This document shows positions 17,940-28,214 of a stretch of 64,000 bases of DNA, piece by piece. Positions within the stretch are counted from its first letter, which is position 1; every line of letters starts with the position of its first letter. This DNA is from Thermoplasmata archaeon (lineage in GTDB: Archaea; Thermoplasmatota; Thermoplasmata; Thermoplasmatales; GCA-001856825), in assembly GCA_023256615.1 (NCBI GenBank), contig JAGDXO010000034.1, forward strand, positions 3,310 to 67,309, in the 5' to 3' direction. The notes beneath the pieces were generated by a model, which was given only the letters and a program-made list of their open reading frames with translations, had not been told where the DNA came from and made no database searches. Both the position numbers and the translations under genes were made by a program.

Positions 17940-20330
17940 TCACCTCGACAGACCAACTTTCCTGAGTATGACCTTGAATATGTCATTGACAAGAAGATTC
18001 ATTAAAAGTCCGTATGAAAGTATCACAACATAATCAATGAATGATATTGGAGCCACTATTCCAAATCCATAAATAGACAGTATTGAGACAACAATCATAT
18101 CGGCTATTATTGAAACTGTGAGCGTTCTGCCTGGTCTTGATTTCCAGAAGAAATTATTTTCCCTGACTATTATGGGTGTCAGAAGACCGAAGAACATTAT
18201 CTCTGCAAAGAAGAATGTATTCAGGACGTTTATATTACTTCCTAAATTCAGATATCTGATTGCGATGAATAACAGGATAAACATCTCTGTCACCTGGATC
18301 GCTCCCAATGAAATGCCTATTTTAACCAGGTTCCTTATATCCCATTTCTCTGGATTTTTCGAACCCTGCATGCTGTCAGTTGACAGAGATATGGTTACAA
18401 AATCTATTAGGAACAGAAAGAGTATTATATCAAGGGCAGATAATAGAAAATAACCGGTAGCTATAAATCCTACTGCTAGAAATACCGCAACCTGGAATGT
18501 CTTAACTATCTTGTTTAAAACCCATGTTACTATTCTCTGATAAGTGGTTCTTCCTATTTTTACCAGATCAACTATGTTGCTAAGGCCTTCAGTTGTAAGT
18601 ATTACACTTGCAGCCCCCTTGGCAACATCGGTTGCATTACTTACTGCAATTCCTACTTCAGCCCTTTTCAATGCAGGTGCATCATTAATTCCATCTCCTG
18701 TCATTCCAACTATGTGCTCCTTTGCCTGTAGCCCTTTAACTATAGTGTATTTATCTTCAGGGTAGATCTCAGCAAATACATCACTTTCTTCTGCTAGATT
18801 AGCGGCCTTGACTGGATCTTTAACCTTAAGCTCCTTTATTTTGGCTCCTGATACTACCCTGTCTCCCAGTCCTATATCCTTTGATATTTCTCTGGCGATA
18901 GGCTCAGCATCTCCAGTCAGCATCTTGATACTTATCCCAAGAGCCTTGAGTTCACTGATTGATTCTTGGGTATCGGGACGCGGAGGGTCTGACAAACCTA
19001 CCAATCCCACTATCTTGAAGTCATCATTTTCAGAGATTGCAACTGCTATTATTCTGTGCCCACGAGAAGCAATTTCTTCCTCTTTTCCCAATATATTCCT
19101 GTTTTCCTGATCTTTACATAATTTCAGGATTGTGTCCACTGCCCCCTTAACAACCTTAATATACTTCCCGTCCCTGGATACAGATACCTCGGTCCTTCTT
19201 GTAGTAGGATCAAAGCCTTTGAAATCCTTAATTTTTATTCCCTCCTTTTGAATTTTAATATTTTTAGCTTGGTTTATGAAGGCAACATCAATGGGATCGT
19301 TGTTAGCTTCCTGTGAGGCCAAGTAACCGTACAAAATGACCTCCTCGCTGCTGAAATTGTTGAGTGGAACCACTTCGGAAACAGACAGCTTATTCTGGGT
19401 GAGTGTACCTGTCTTATCAGCACACAGGGTATCCATAGTAGCAGCGTCTTCCATTGCATTCAGTCTTGTCACGAGAGCTCCCTTCCTCGCGGTTTCCATT
19501 GAGCCTATTGCCATACTTACTGTGAACATGGCAGGCAACGCAACAGGGACGGCAAAAACTATTAGCATCAGGGCCAGAGGGACAATATTTAAAAGATTAT
19601 CTCCTCTTATATAAGAAAAGAGAAATATTATTCCTAGAAGCATTACGACTATCAATAGAAGGTAGTTGACAATTTTGGCAGTAACTTCCTCCATGTGAAG
19701 TTTTGGTTTTGCTATACTTACCAGTTCCGTTGTCTTTCCATAGTAAGTTTTCTTTCCTGTGGCAATAACTTTTGCATTACACTCCCCTTTCCTCACAATG
19801 GATCCTGAATAAACCGTTTCCCCGATTCTCTTTGATACTGGAAGTGATTCACCAGTGAGAGCTGACTGGTCTATTTCCAATTCCTCCCCTTTCAATAATT
19901 CTACATCTGCAGGAACAAAATCTCCTGCCCTAATCCTTATGACATCTCCCGGTACCAGATACCTTGCCTTTACGGTAGTCCATTTTCCGTCTCTCAGGAC
20001 CTTTGAATTTATCTGAAGACTGTTTTTAAGCAATTCCACAGCCTTTGATGCTTTTTCTTCCTGGGTATAGCCTATGATGGCATTAACTACCAGGAGTCCA
20101 CCTATTATGTAGACATCCAACATTTTATGTATAAGATATGAAAAAACTATAGTTATTTCAAGCATCCATGGAGTGAGCCCCCAGAACCTCTTGAAAAATT
20201 CCTTTAATGGGCTCTTTTTCTTCTCTTCTATTTCATTATACCCAAACTCCGAAATTTTCTTGTTGGCTTCTTCTGTCGAAAGCCCGCCTGATTCATTTTT
20301 CTCTTCACCATCCACATTTTGATCCATCAT
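17940..20330 (-). CDS. P-type ATPase, type IIIA (plasma-membrane H+-ATPase-like)
   Basis: CADKTGTLTQNKL phosphorylation site, MLTGD, and GMTGDGINDAPALKRAEVGIAV. The TM layout is 4 + 6 helices. The motifs most resemble fungal/plant/Methanocaldococcus H+-ATPases. Confidence 0.85.
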   Translation of the reverse strand: MMDQNVDGEEKNESGGLSTEEANKKISEFGYNEIEEKKKSPLKEFFKRFWGLTPWMLEITIVFSYLIHKMLDVYIIGGLLVVNAIIGYTQEEKASKAVELLKNSLQINSKVLRDGKWTTVKARYLVPGDVIRIRAGDFVPADVELLKGEELEIDQSALTGESLPVSKRIGETVYSGSIVRKGECNAKVIATGKKTYYGKTTELVSIAKPKLHMEEVTAKIVNYLLLIVVMLLGIIFLFSYIRGDNLLNIVPLALMLIVFAVPVALPAMFTVSMAIGSMETARKGALVTRLNAMEDAATMDTLCADKTGTLTQNKLSVSEVVPLNNFSSEEVILYGYLASQEANNDPIDVAFINQAKNIKIQKEGIKIKDFKGFDPTTRRTEVSVSRDGKYIKVVKGAVDTILKLCKDQENRNILGKEEEIASRGHRIIAVAISENDDFKIVGLVGLSDPPRPDTQESISELKALGISIKMLTGDAEPIAREISKDIGLGDRVVSGAKIKELKVKDPVKAANLAEESDVFAEIYPEDKYTIVKGLQAKEHIVGMTGDGINDAPALKRAEVGIAVSNATDVAKGAASVILTTEGLSNIVDLVKIGRTTYQRIVTWVLNKIVKTFQVAVFLAVGFIATGYFLLSALDIILFLFLIDFVTISLSTDSMQGSKNPEKWDIRNLVKIGISLGAIQVTEMFILLFIAIRYLNLGSNINVLNTFFFAEIMFFGLLTPIIVRENNFFWKSRPGRTLTVSIIADMIVVSILSIYGFGIVAPISFIDYVVILSYGLLMNLLVNDIFKVILRKVGLSR

Positions 20331-20417
20331 TGCTATTATCTCCGATAATCATTTAGACAGTAACCTATTGCCTTACCATTCGTATAGCAGCATAGCATAA
20401 AAAATTTCCAACATTTT

Positions 20418-21683
20418 TTATATTATCAGATTTTCCATCTGGACATTTCTCTTCTTTATTCCGAGATCGTCCACATCTATCTCTTTTCCACCGTACAGTC
20501 TGGCCTTTTTATTTCCCAGCATCATTGCGGCAGCTATTCTCCCGGCGGCATCTCCTTTCATTATTCCACTTCCGCTGCTTCCTGTTATTACTCCAACATT
20601 AAGTTCCTTGAAAATGTAATAGGTACCGTCGATAGTATTCATTGAATAATATCCGGCCCAGCTGGAATTAACCTTTGATTCATTGAATATCGGTAGATAT
20701 TCCCTTATAACTGTTAGGAGGTTTTTCTCGTAAAAATCCATTTCTGGAACTGGGTCATCTTCCAGTGAAAAATCCCTCCCTATATCATCATTGAAAGAAA
20801 TCCAGAATGACTCTGATCTTGGATCAGGTCTCATGTCTATCATTGGGCCTGGAAGTATTGTGAATGGAAAAAGACCAGGTTCTCCTGTGTAATCCTTCAT
20901 TACCATATCCCTGATTCCTTTGCCTGTCACCTGGAATACCTGTCTCTTCTTTGGTCTGATATGACTGTCGATTCCGATTGGATCAAGAAGATAATTTGTC
21001 CATACATCTGTTGCAAGAAGATAGTTATCAGCGAACATGTCACCCCTGTTTGTCTCCAGATGCCCTATAGTTTTTTCCTGCCATATGAAAGGTTCACCTG
21101 GAAAATCAAGTTTTAAAGCGGGTTCGAGTGAAAGTTTCCTTACTGTAGTATTGTAGCTGAATTCCGCACCCATCTTTCTCAGTTCTGATTCATAGAAAGA
21201 AGAGATGAGGTCTGGTTCTAGTATTCCACAATTTTTTCCAAGGAGGCCTCCTGCAATATTTTTTAGGTTCATAACACTTGAAATTTCCTGACTTATTGAA
21301 GTTTTGAATCCCATCCTTGAAATATCTTCCCTTTCAATTAATATGGATTCTGTTTTTTGAGTTATTTGTTTCACTGTTTCTGATTCCATATTTTTCTTAT
21401 CCAGGAGGAACAGATATCCGTTGAATTTCATTCCTAGGTTAAACTTTAAATCTTCCTGGATGTGTTTGTAAAAATTTATGGATGATGAGCTCAATTTATA
21501 ATTAATATCTGAAGTGAAAATATCTCTGAAAGCAGCATCACTTTTAGCGGTATTCCCCTGTGCAAATGTCGGTGCCCTTTCAACGATTTTTATTTTCATA
21601 TCTCTATTTTCATCGAGTATGTGATAAGCTGTAGAAAGTCCTGTAATTCCTGCTCCGACAATTATTAGGTCATATTTTTCCAT
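20418..21683 (-). CDS. FAD-dependent oxidoreductase (DAO family)
   Basis: N-terminal YDLIIVGAGITGLSTAY dinucleotide-binding motif and a C-terminal GSSGSGIM region. The substrate is unknown. Confidence 0.7.
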   Translation of the reverse strand: MEKYDLIIVGAGITGLSTAYHILDENRDMKIKIVERAPTFAQGNTAKSDAAFRDIFTSDINYKLSSSSINFYKHIQEDLKFNLGMKFNGYLFLLDKKNMESETVKQITQKTESILIEREDISRMGFKTSISQEISSVMNLKNIAGGLLGKNCGILEPDLISSFYESELRKMGAEFSYNTTVRKLSLEPALKLDFPGEPFIWQEKTIGHLETNRGDMFADNYLLATDVWTNYLLDPIGIDSHIRPKKRQVFQVTGKGIRDMVMKDYTGEPGLFPFTILPGPMIDMRPDPRSESFWISFNDDIGRDFSLEDDPVPEMDFYEKNLLTVIREYLPIFNESKVNSSWAGYYSMNTIDGTYYIFKELNVGVITGSSGSGIMKGDAAGRIAAAMMLGNKKARLYGGKEIDVDDLGIKKRNVQMENLII

Positions 21684-21812
21684 ATGATGGTTAATTTTTT
21701 CAAATATTTAAGAGATAATTCAACAGAAGATCATTGAATATAGAATTTTCATTTTTTGTTTTAAAAAACATAAAAAAGGTATTAAGGATAAAGAAGATAA
21801 TATAATGATAAT

Positions 21813-22283
21813 ATGCCAGAAGTTTCCATAATAATGGGAAGTAAAAATGATTGGGAATACATGAAGGAATGTGCCGCAGTACTTGAAGAATTTAATATTG
21901 ATTATGAGAGAAAAGTTGTTTCTGCCCATAGAACCCCTGATTTCATGATGGAATATGCAAAGAATGCAAGAAATAGTGGTATTAAGATTATAATTGCTGG
22001 AGCTGGAGGAGCAGCCCATCTTCCGGGAATGACTGCCTCCTTTACCAATATACCTGTTATAGGAGTGCCTATACCTTCAAAAAATCTGAATGGAATAGAT
22101 TCCCTCCTTTCAATAGTCCAGATGCCATTTGGCATACCTGTAGCAACGGTGGCAATTGGAGGAGCCAAAAATGCAGCCTTATTAGCGTTAAGGATACTTT
22201 CACTTAGCAACAAAGAAATAGAGAGTAAACTAGAAAAATTCACCGAGGATATGAAGAAAGATGTTCTCTCAACTACCCTCTGA
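21813..22283 (+). CDS. purE: N5-carboxyaminoimidazole ribonucleotide mutase PurE
   Basis: [15 protein letters not shown] and [10 protein letters not shown] motifs. Confidence 0.92.
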   Translation: MPEVSIIMGSKNDWEYMKECAAVLEEFNIDYERKVVSAHRTPDFMMEYAKNARNSGIKIIIAGAGGAAHLPGMTASFTNIPVIGVPIPSKNLNGIDSLLSIVQMPFGIPVATVAIGGAKNAALLALRILSLSNKEIESKLEKFTEDMKKDVLSTTL

Positions 22284-23358
22284 CAAGAAAATAGGAATCA
22301 TAGGTAGTGGCCAACTTGGGCTTATGATGGTACTGGAAGGTTTAAAGTTAGGCCTTAAATTCAATGTTCTTGGTAATAAAAAGGACTATATTTGCAAATT
22401 TGCCTCATGCTACGGATATGAAGAAATATATAAATTTCTTGATGAATCAGATATAATAACTTTTGAATTTGAGCAGGGAAATGAAGATGCAATGATATCC
22501 GCCTCTGATATGGGTAAACTCTATCCAAATTATAAATCCGTTTGGCTTAAGATTGAAAGAAATAGAGAAAAGGAATTCCTTGCGTCAAAAGGCCTGCCCA
22601 TCCCGCGCTTTAAAATAGCGGAAAATGGATCAGAAGCTTTAAAAATTATAAAGGATGAGTTCAATGGGACGGCAGTAGTCAAAAGAACAAAAGGAGGATA
22701 TGATGGAAAGGGACAGTACTACATAAAGGATAATAAATTCACAGAACAGTTGAAAACAATAAATGACGGATTGGTCATAGAAGAATTTGTTGATTTTGAT
22801 TATGAAAGTTCCGTTATAGTAGTAAGGGGTAGAAGTGGTTTCGTTAACTATCCAGTTTCTTTCAATTATAATAGAGAGGGGATTCTTATTTACAATTACG
22901 GGAAAATTGAAGACAAAGGAGAAGTTCAGATTGCTAAAAATCTTATTGAAAATCTCAATTATATTGGCACAATGGGGGTGGAATTCTTTGTCAAGGATGG
23001 AAAAGTAATGATTAACGAATTCTCTCCAAGGGTACATAATTCAGGGCATTATACACTTAATTCTTCATTCACCTCTCAGTTTGCGAATCATATAAGAGCT
23101 ATCTCGGGGATGGCCTTAGGCTCTACAAAAACTCTTGATTTCTTTGGAATGGTCAACATACTAGGAAAGACAAATTTTAAATCTACGATTCTGAAATATG
23201 GCGATGTTTACTGGTACGGAAAGGAAAATTCAAATCCAAGAAGGAAGGTCGGTCACATTAATTTAACAGGAGAGAGTATGGGAGATGTAAAAACCAAAAT
23301 AGATTCTCTAATATCTGAACTTTACATAAACAATCTTGAATTCCTCAAAATAATATAA
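22261..23358 (+). CDS. purK: N5-CAIR synthase PurK (ATP-grasp)
   Basis: [13 protein letters not shown] at the N-terminus, an ATP-grasp core (GYDGKGQ, EF.P.R.HNSGHYT), and a position immediately after purE. Confidence 0.88.
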   Translation: MFSQLPSDKKIGIIGSGQLGLMMVLEGLKLGLKFNVLGNKKDYICKFASCYGYEEIYKFLDESDIITFEFEQGNEDAMISASDMGKLYPNYKSVWLKIERNREKEFLASKGLPIPRFKIAENGSEALKIIKDEFNGTAVVKRTKGGYDGKGQYYIKDNKFTEQLKTINDGLVIEEFVDFDYESSVIVVRGRSGFVNYPVSFNYNREGILIYNYGKIEDKGEVQIAKNLIENLNYIGTMGVEFFVKDGKVMINEFSPRVHNSGHYTLNSSFTSQFANHIRAISGMALGSTKTLDFFGMVNILGKTNFKSTILKYGDVYWYGKENSNPRRKVGHINLTGESMGDVKTKIDSLISELYINNLEFLKII

Positions 23359-23641
23359 TAAATTTCATCTTTTATTAATGATATAAAACCGTAATTTAGA
23401 AGTGTTAATTTATCAAAATTATTCCCTTTATTATAAATATAAATTAAAAAACTAACCCTTATTATTGATCCATAAGCTTTCGAGCATAATGTTCCCTATT
23501 CCACCTAATTACTTTTAGGTTGATGTTGCTTTCACCACAAAGATCAAAATGAAACATATTCATATATTTAAATAAGTATATTAAGATAATAAATTCTTTA
23601 TTGCAAAAAACTATTTCAATAAAATAAAAGATTTTTAAGAG

Positions 23642-23959
23642 TTATAGGGTGAGATAGATATATCCCTCCTGTATTCTTTTAATAATCTCTTTTAGACTAG
23701 CTGGTACAAAAATAACCCCTGGGGGTAATTCTTCCTTCAAAATATTTCTAGCTTCCATTGAAGTCCCACAGGCATATATTTTTATTTTTGGGTTCTTTAA
23801 TAGAGAGGATATTCTATTTTTCTGCGTAACTGCGGCAATACCTCCATTCAGGTAAACTATCTCTATGACCTCCGCTTCTTCCATCTCAGAAAGATGCTCA
23901 CCTGCTGTGAGAGACATTGCAATTTTATCCTCTGAATCAACCGCTAATAATATTTTCAT
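23642..23959 (-). CDS. DsrE/DsrF-like sulfur-relay family protein
   Basis: A 105-aa Rossmann-like protein starting MKILLAV, with an IYACGTSMEARNI segment that resembles the DsrE/TusD active-site Cys region. Confidence 0.5.
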   Translation of the reverse strand: MKILLAVDSEDKIAMSLTAGEHLSEMEEAEVIEIVYLNGGIAAVTQKNRISSLLKNPKIKIYACGTSMEARNILKEELPPGVIFVPASLKEIIKRIQEGYIYLTL

Positions 23960-24115
23960 AATTTATGAATGAGGATAGGATTATTCAATCTTCCCTATAT
24001 AGATGATGAATTTGGCAATATGTTTATTAAAGACAATTTTTACAAGAAAATGAATACAGTCCAATAATTTTTAGGATAAAATGATAGCCAGACTAAATTT
24101 TAATAAAGTTTGAGC

Positions 24116-25393
24116 TTAATTGATTTGCTTCCTTCTATCTATTCGCTGAAAAGAATAGATAATCATACCAGACATAATCATTATAGTGCCAAGATAGAGG
24201 GCCTGTGATCCCAATGTTAACATTATAACGCCTGAAAGAATAACAGATATAATCGGAAAATAGGGATAAAATGGGACATTAAATAACCCCCTTATATTTT
24301 TCTTGCGAATTAAAATAACTGCTATACCAGTTAATGAATATGCGAAGATTACACCAAAATTTGAAGCTAATGCAATATATTGTAAGTTACCGATGAATAA
24401 TGAGAATATTGCAAGTGTTCCTATAATTATTACACCCCTTTTTGGCGAGTCCTTATTTTTTCCCTCGATCCATTTTGGAAAGAGGCCATCTTCACTCATT
24501 TGAAGAAGGGTCCTTGAACCTGCCACAATGAGAGATAGTGTAACAGTGACTGTTGCTATAAGAGCAATTATGCTTATTATAAAGGAAATAAACAAGGGAG
24601 CTCGTGAGTAATTTATAGCGTTAACTAGGGGATCTGCAGAGGTCCCGTAAAGATTCCATGGCATAAGTGCAAGCATGCCTGCAACTACAAGTATATATAA
24701 AACAGAACTTATTACCAGTGAAATTATTATTGCTTTTGGAACACTTTTCGGTCCATCATCCACTTCTGGTGTTAATGTGGCTATGGTATTAAAGCCGGAA
24801 TAAGCAAAAAATGCTAGTGAAGCAGCCTCAATGACGCTTGTGGGACCGTAGGGAAGAATAGGGCTAAAATGGGAAGGAATCCATGAACCATAGAAGAATG
24901 AAATAAATATGAAAATGACAAGACCGCCGATTGTAATAAATACCAACAGCTGTTCTATTTTAGCCACCAATTTAACTCCCGCATAATCCACTGCCATTAT
25001 GGAGATTATAAAAATTATTGATACCGTGACTATAAGGAATTTTGATTCCAGGTTAAAAAATGATAATAGATATGATGAAAATCCCAATGCCACCGCAGCT
25101 CCAGCTATTGAATATGAAATCGCCCTTAACCAGCCCACTATAAAACCCAGCGAATCGCCCATTGTTTCTTTGACAAACGAATAAAGTCCTCCATGGGTGA
25201 TAATTTTAGATGAAAGCTCAGCACTATTAAATGCGACTGTCATAGCAAGAAATGCTGTAAATATAAAAGCGATAAGAGCTCCGGGACCAGAATCTCTAAT
25301 AACAACTCCTGCCAATACAAATATACCTGCCCCTATTATGTTACCCAATCCTATTGATGCCGCTTGCCACATTGTTATTTTATGATTATTCAT
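24116..25393 (-). CDS. APC-superfamily amino acid permease
   Basis: About 12 TM helices and an N-terminal GLGNIIGAGIFVLAG signature typical of the APC family. Confidence 0.8.
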   Translation of the reverse strand: MNNHKITMWQAASIGLGNIIGAGIFVLAGVVIRDSGPGALIAFIFTAFLAMTVAFNSAELSSKIITHGGLYSFVKETMGDSLGFIVGWLRAISYSIAGAAVALGFSSYLLSFFNLESKFLIVTVSIIFIISIMAVDYAGVKLVAKIEQLLVFITIGGLVIFIFISFFYGSWIPSHFSPILPYGPTSVIEAASLAFFAYSGFNTIATLTPEVDDGPKSVPKAIIISLVISSVLYILVVAGMLALMPWNLYGTSADPLVNAINYSRAPLFISFIISIIALIATVTVTLSLIVAGSRTLLQMSEDGLFPKWIEGKNKDSPKRGVIIIGTLAIFSLFIGNLQYIALASNFGVIFAYSLTGIAVILIRKKNIRGLFNVPFYPYFPIISVILSGVIMLTLGSQALYLGTIMIMSGMIIYSFQRIDRRKQIN

Positions 25394-25450
25394 ATGTGAT
25401 CATTGTATATTGACCTCATTAGTGAAATAATTTAAATATTGTTAAAAAAA

Positions 25451-26230
25451 TTATAAGAAAGCACTCAGATTCATATACATCATATATACTGCAACCAGTA
25501 TGATAATTATTGCAAATATCTTTGTAAGAAGTCTCTTGGATACTTTCGATGCATAATATGTTCCAATCCATCCTCCCGCGATTCCTCCTACTATATAAAG
25601 TACGGAAATGACTATATTAATATCCCCTCCGATTGCATATCTAATGGCTGTGACAACCCCAAATGCACCGACAGATATGAGAGATGTCCCAACCGCCTGT
25701 ATAATATTCAGTGCGCCGGCATATATCAATCCCGGAACTATCAAGAAACCTCCCCCGATACCAAAGAACCCTGATGCAAAACCTACAAGGAACCCTATGG
25801 TGAGCATTTTAGAGAGCGACCTATTGTGAAGGGGCTCTGCTGCTACTTCCACACATTTTCTTTTCAGCATATATCCTGCTATTATGATCATTAGAATTCC
25901 AAATATGAATAACAACTTGCTTCCAGGTGTTATGAGACCGAGTTCAGCACCGATAAGAACACCTATAATACCAGGTATGCTAAATAATATTCCTTCCTTA
26001 AAATTAACATGTTTCTTTCTAGCATGGGGAATGAGATTCAAGAATGCATTAATACCTACCGCTAATGCAGTAGTCCCAATTACGACATGTGGATGATCAA
26101 AACCAACAAAATATATGAGGAGTGGTATCGCAAGTATAGACCCACCACCACCTATTAAACCTAGAGAAAATCCAACTATAAGCCCAGAAATTACTGATAA
26201 AATTGCCTGAAGATCAGTGATTGCTAACAT
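25451..26230 (-). CDS. TauE/SafE family sulfite/organosulfonate exporter-like membrane protein
   Basis: 259 aa, 7-8 TM helices, and duplicated G.GGG(S/F)(I/L).(I/V)P motifs (GLIGGGGSILAIPLL; GIGGGFLIVPGL). Confidence 0.8.
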   Translation of the reverse strand: MLAITDLQAILSVISGLIVGFSLGLIGGGGSILAIPLLIYFVGFDHPHVVIGTTALAVGINAFLNLIPHARKKHVNFKEGILFSIPGIIGVLIGAELGLITPGSKLLFIFGILMIIIAGYMLKRKCVEVAAEPLHNRSLSKMLTIGFLVGFASGFFGIGGGFLIVPGLIYAGALNIIQAVGTSLISVGAFGVVTAIRYAIGGDINIVISVLYIVGGIAGGWIGTYYASKVSKRLLTKIFAIIIILVAVYMMYMNLSAFL

Positions 26231-26235
26231 TTCTG

Positions 26236-26583
26236 TCAGAACGTAATAACAGTGTATCCTTCTTCAATTTTATCGTTTGTCTCAACACCTCCAAATACCA
26301 TCTCTATCCCTGAAAATATATCTTTGGCAGTCAGGCCTTCGCCTGCCATACTAACTTTGCATATCTTTACAGGAATACCTGTATCTTCTAGTGTTTTAAG
26401 TTGCTCCTCAAACTGGGGTGAGTTCTTCTGCCTTATATCTGCAGCCTGAACACCCCTGCCAAGAAGTAAAAACTCTACTGTTGCATTTGCATTTTTAACT
26501 GCGTTTATTGCGAAATTGAACGATACCATCTCAGTGTGAATGTTCTCTTTTCCAGTTGTTAACATTACTAATATTTTTGCCAT
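26236..26583 (-). CDS. DsrE/DsrF-like sulfur-relay family protein
   Basis: Starts MAKILVMLTTG, is ~115 aa, and has a Cys-containing segment (ICKVSMAGEGL). It ends 5 nt before the TauE start. An internal ATG at 26583 was preferred over the ORF-track start. Confidence 0.55.
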   Translation of the reverse strand: MAKILVMLTTGKENIHTEMVSFNFAINAVKNANATVEFLLLGRGVQAADIRQKNSPQFEEQLKTLEDTGIPVKICKVSMAGEGLTAKDIFSGIEMVFGGVETNDKIEEGYTVITF

Positions 26584-26651
26584 TTTATACACCTTCTTTG
26601 ATTTGTTTCCATTGGATATCACTTTTTATGATTTTCATTCTATATCACTCT

Positions 26652-28046
26652 TTATCTTGTGTATCCCCACGCATTTATCTTCAAATGCATGAAAAATCTC
26701 AGCATTAACCATGCGCTAAGTAAGACAAATATCATGAATACGAAGCTTGAAATAGCCATTTGAATATCCCCGCTAAGTATATGCCCAGATGCACATCCAT
26801 TAGCCATTCTAGCACCAAAGAGAACCATGAAAGCTCCCACGAAACTTCCTATAGGTCTAAGCTTAGGGTTATGACTATGCGCCCATATTTTTGGTACTTG
26901 TTTCTTGAAGCCCATAAATCTTCTGGAAATAAGGGTTGCTGATATCAAGCCACCTAGGAATGAACTTGTATCCGTGAAAGGTTCCCAACCTATTTCGCTG
27001 AATGGTTTATTTACTGGAACACCGTTTATTATGTGCATTCCTCCAAATAATTGAAAATACGAATTAGATGCCGCCCATGTAGGATTTACCATATAAGAGA
27101 GTTGTGCACCTATCCATGAGAATGTAGTGGATTCTCCAAATATTTGATGTAATATTATTACTGCGACTGCAGTGATAGTGAATGCAAGACCCAAAGGAAT
27201 TGTCATTCTTGCATTTTCAGTACTACTCTCATTTATCAATTTAGTGAGATATTTATTGGCTTTTGGATATTTCTCAAAATCTTCTTTAATTACAGTATCA
27301 AACGTTATTGTTTTCTTACCTTTGCCTACCATATGATATCCACAAGAATTCTTTACCTTTGTACCTGGATATCTTGGTAGAAATAGAAACAATGCAATTA
27401 GAATTATTCCAAATATTAAACTAACTATAAATACATCAATTTTGTTTTCTATCCCAAATATTGAAGCCCATGTGACTGGCCCATAATTAAGTGTATCCCA
27501 GAAGAACCATTTTACGTTGCCAAAGATTACTGACCATGTAAAAGCACCCAATAAACCACCTATAGCGGCAAAAATGGCATCCCTTCTCCCCTGACCCAGT
27601 GCAATCCAGATTGTTCCAGGGAAATATCCCGCAAGCCCTACTCCTGCACCAAAAATTATTCCTCCAATTACTATTCCTGGTACAAAGAAATCTTTGATTC
27701 CAAAATTTGGATGCGTTATTAAAGCAGCTGCATAAAGAAAAATTGCACCAAGACCAATTGCAAAACCAAAACAAACCATGAGAAACCTATCCTGAAATGC
27801 CATTACTCTAAAAAGAGTGTCCGGATCAGTAAAATTCCATAATTCTAATGGAATAGCCAGTGGGAGGGCCACTAATAATCCCAACCATAGAGGAGCCTTT
27901 GATTGATGAAAAATATATTGCATTACCATCCCACCTATGAACAGTGAAATGGCAAGTATCAAGAGGGCATATACAGACTTCCAGAAAATAGATTTATCCT
28001 TTTTAAATTCCATATCATTCATGTCTTTATCATTGGATTCGGTCAT
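26652..28046 (-). CDS. YeeE/YedE-family sulfur-compound (thiosulfate-type) transporter, elongated form
   Basis: A polytopic membrane protein with a two-half architecture. The canonical NGCASGHILSG motif is in the C-terminal half. A ~55-aa hydrophilic insert separates the halves. The ORF-track start at 28058 is GTG; the first ATG is at 28046. Confidence 0.7.
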   Translation of the reverse strand: MTESNDKDMNDMEFKKDKSIFWKSVYALLILAISLFIGGMVMQYIFHQSKAPLWLGLLVALPLAIPLELWNFTDPDTLFRVMAFQDRFLMVCFGFAIGLGAIFLYAAALITHPNFGIKDFFVPGIVIGGIIFGAGVGLAGYFPGTIWIALGQGRRDAIFAAIGGLLGAFTWSVIFGNVKWFFWDTLNYGPVTWASIFGIENKIDVFIVSLIFGIILIALFLFLPRYPGTKVKNSCGYHMVGKGKKTITFDTVIKEDFEKYPKANKYLTKLINESSTENARMTIPLGLAFTITAVAVIILHQIFGESTTFSWIGAQLSYMVNPTWAASNSYFQLFGGMHIINGVPVNKPFSEIGWEPFTDTSSFLGGLISATLISRRFMGFKKQVPKIWAHSHNPKLRPIGSFVGAFMVLFGARMANGCASGHILSGDIQMAISSFVFMIFVLLSAWLMLRFFMHLKINAWGYTR

Positions 28047-28214
28047 AAACCTAATCACCGATTAATATAACGTCTATTTCTATTTAAATATTTTATTATA
28101 AGTAATCAAATATATTAAAAAAAATTACATTGATGCAAAATAAACAGAAAATTTTTGCATCGATTTCTTTCCTTTGAAAATGAAAATATTAATTATGTGA
28201 AATGTTTATTGTTG

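Noticed and set aside
21720-22019. A 99-aa minus-strand ORF overlapping the purE start and promoter region
   Set aside because: It overlaps a confidently identified purE on the opposite strand. It is low-complexity with no recognisable motif.
27487-27774. A Cys/Trp-rich 95-aa same-strand alternative-frame ORF inside the YeeE gene
   Set aside because: The odd C/W/N/F composition is what a +1 frame of a Gly/Ala/Ile-rich membrane gene produces. There is no independent start context and no support for an overlapping gene.
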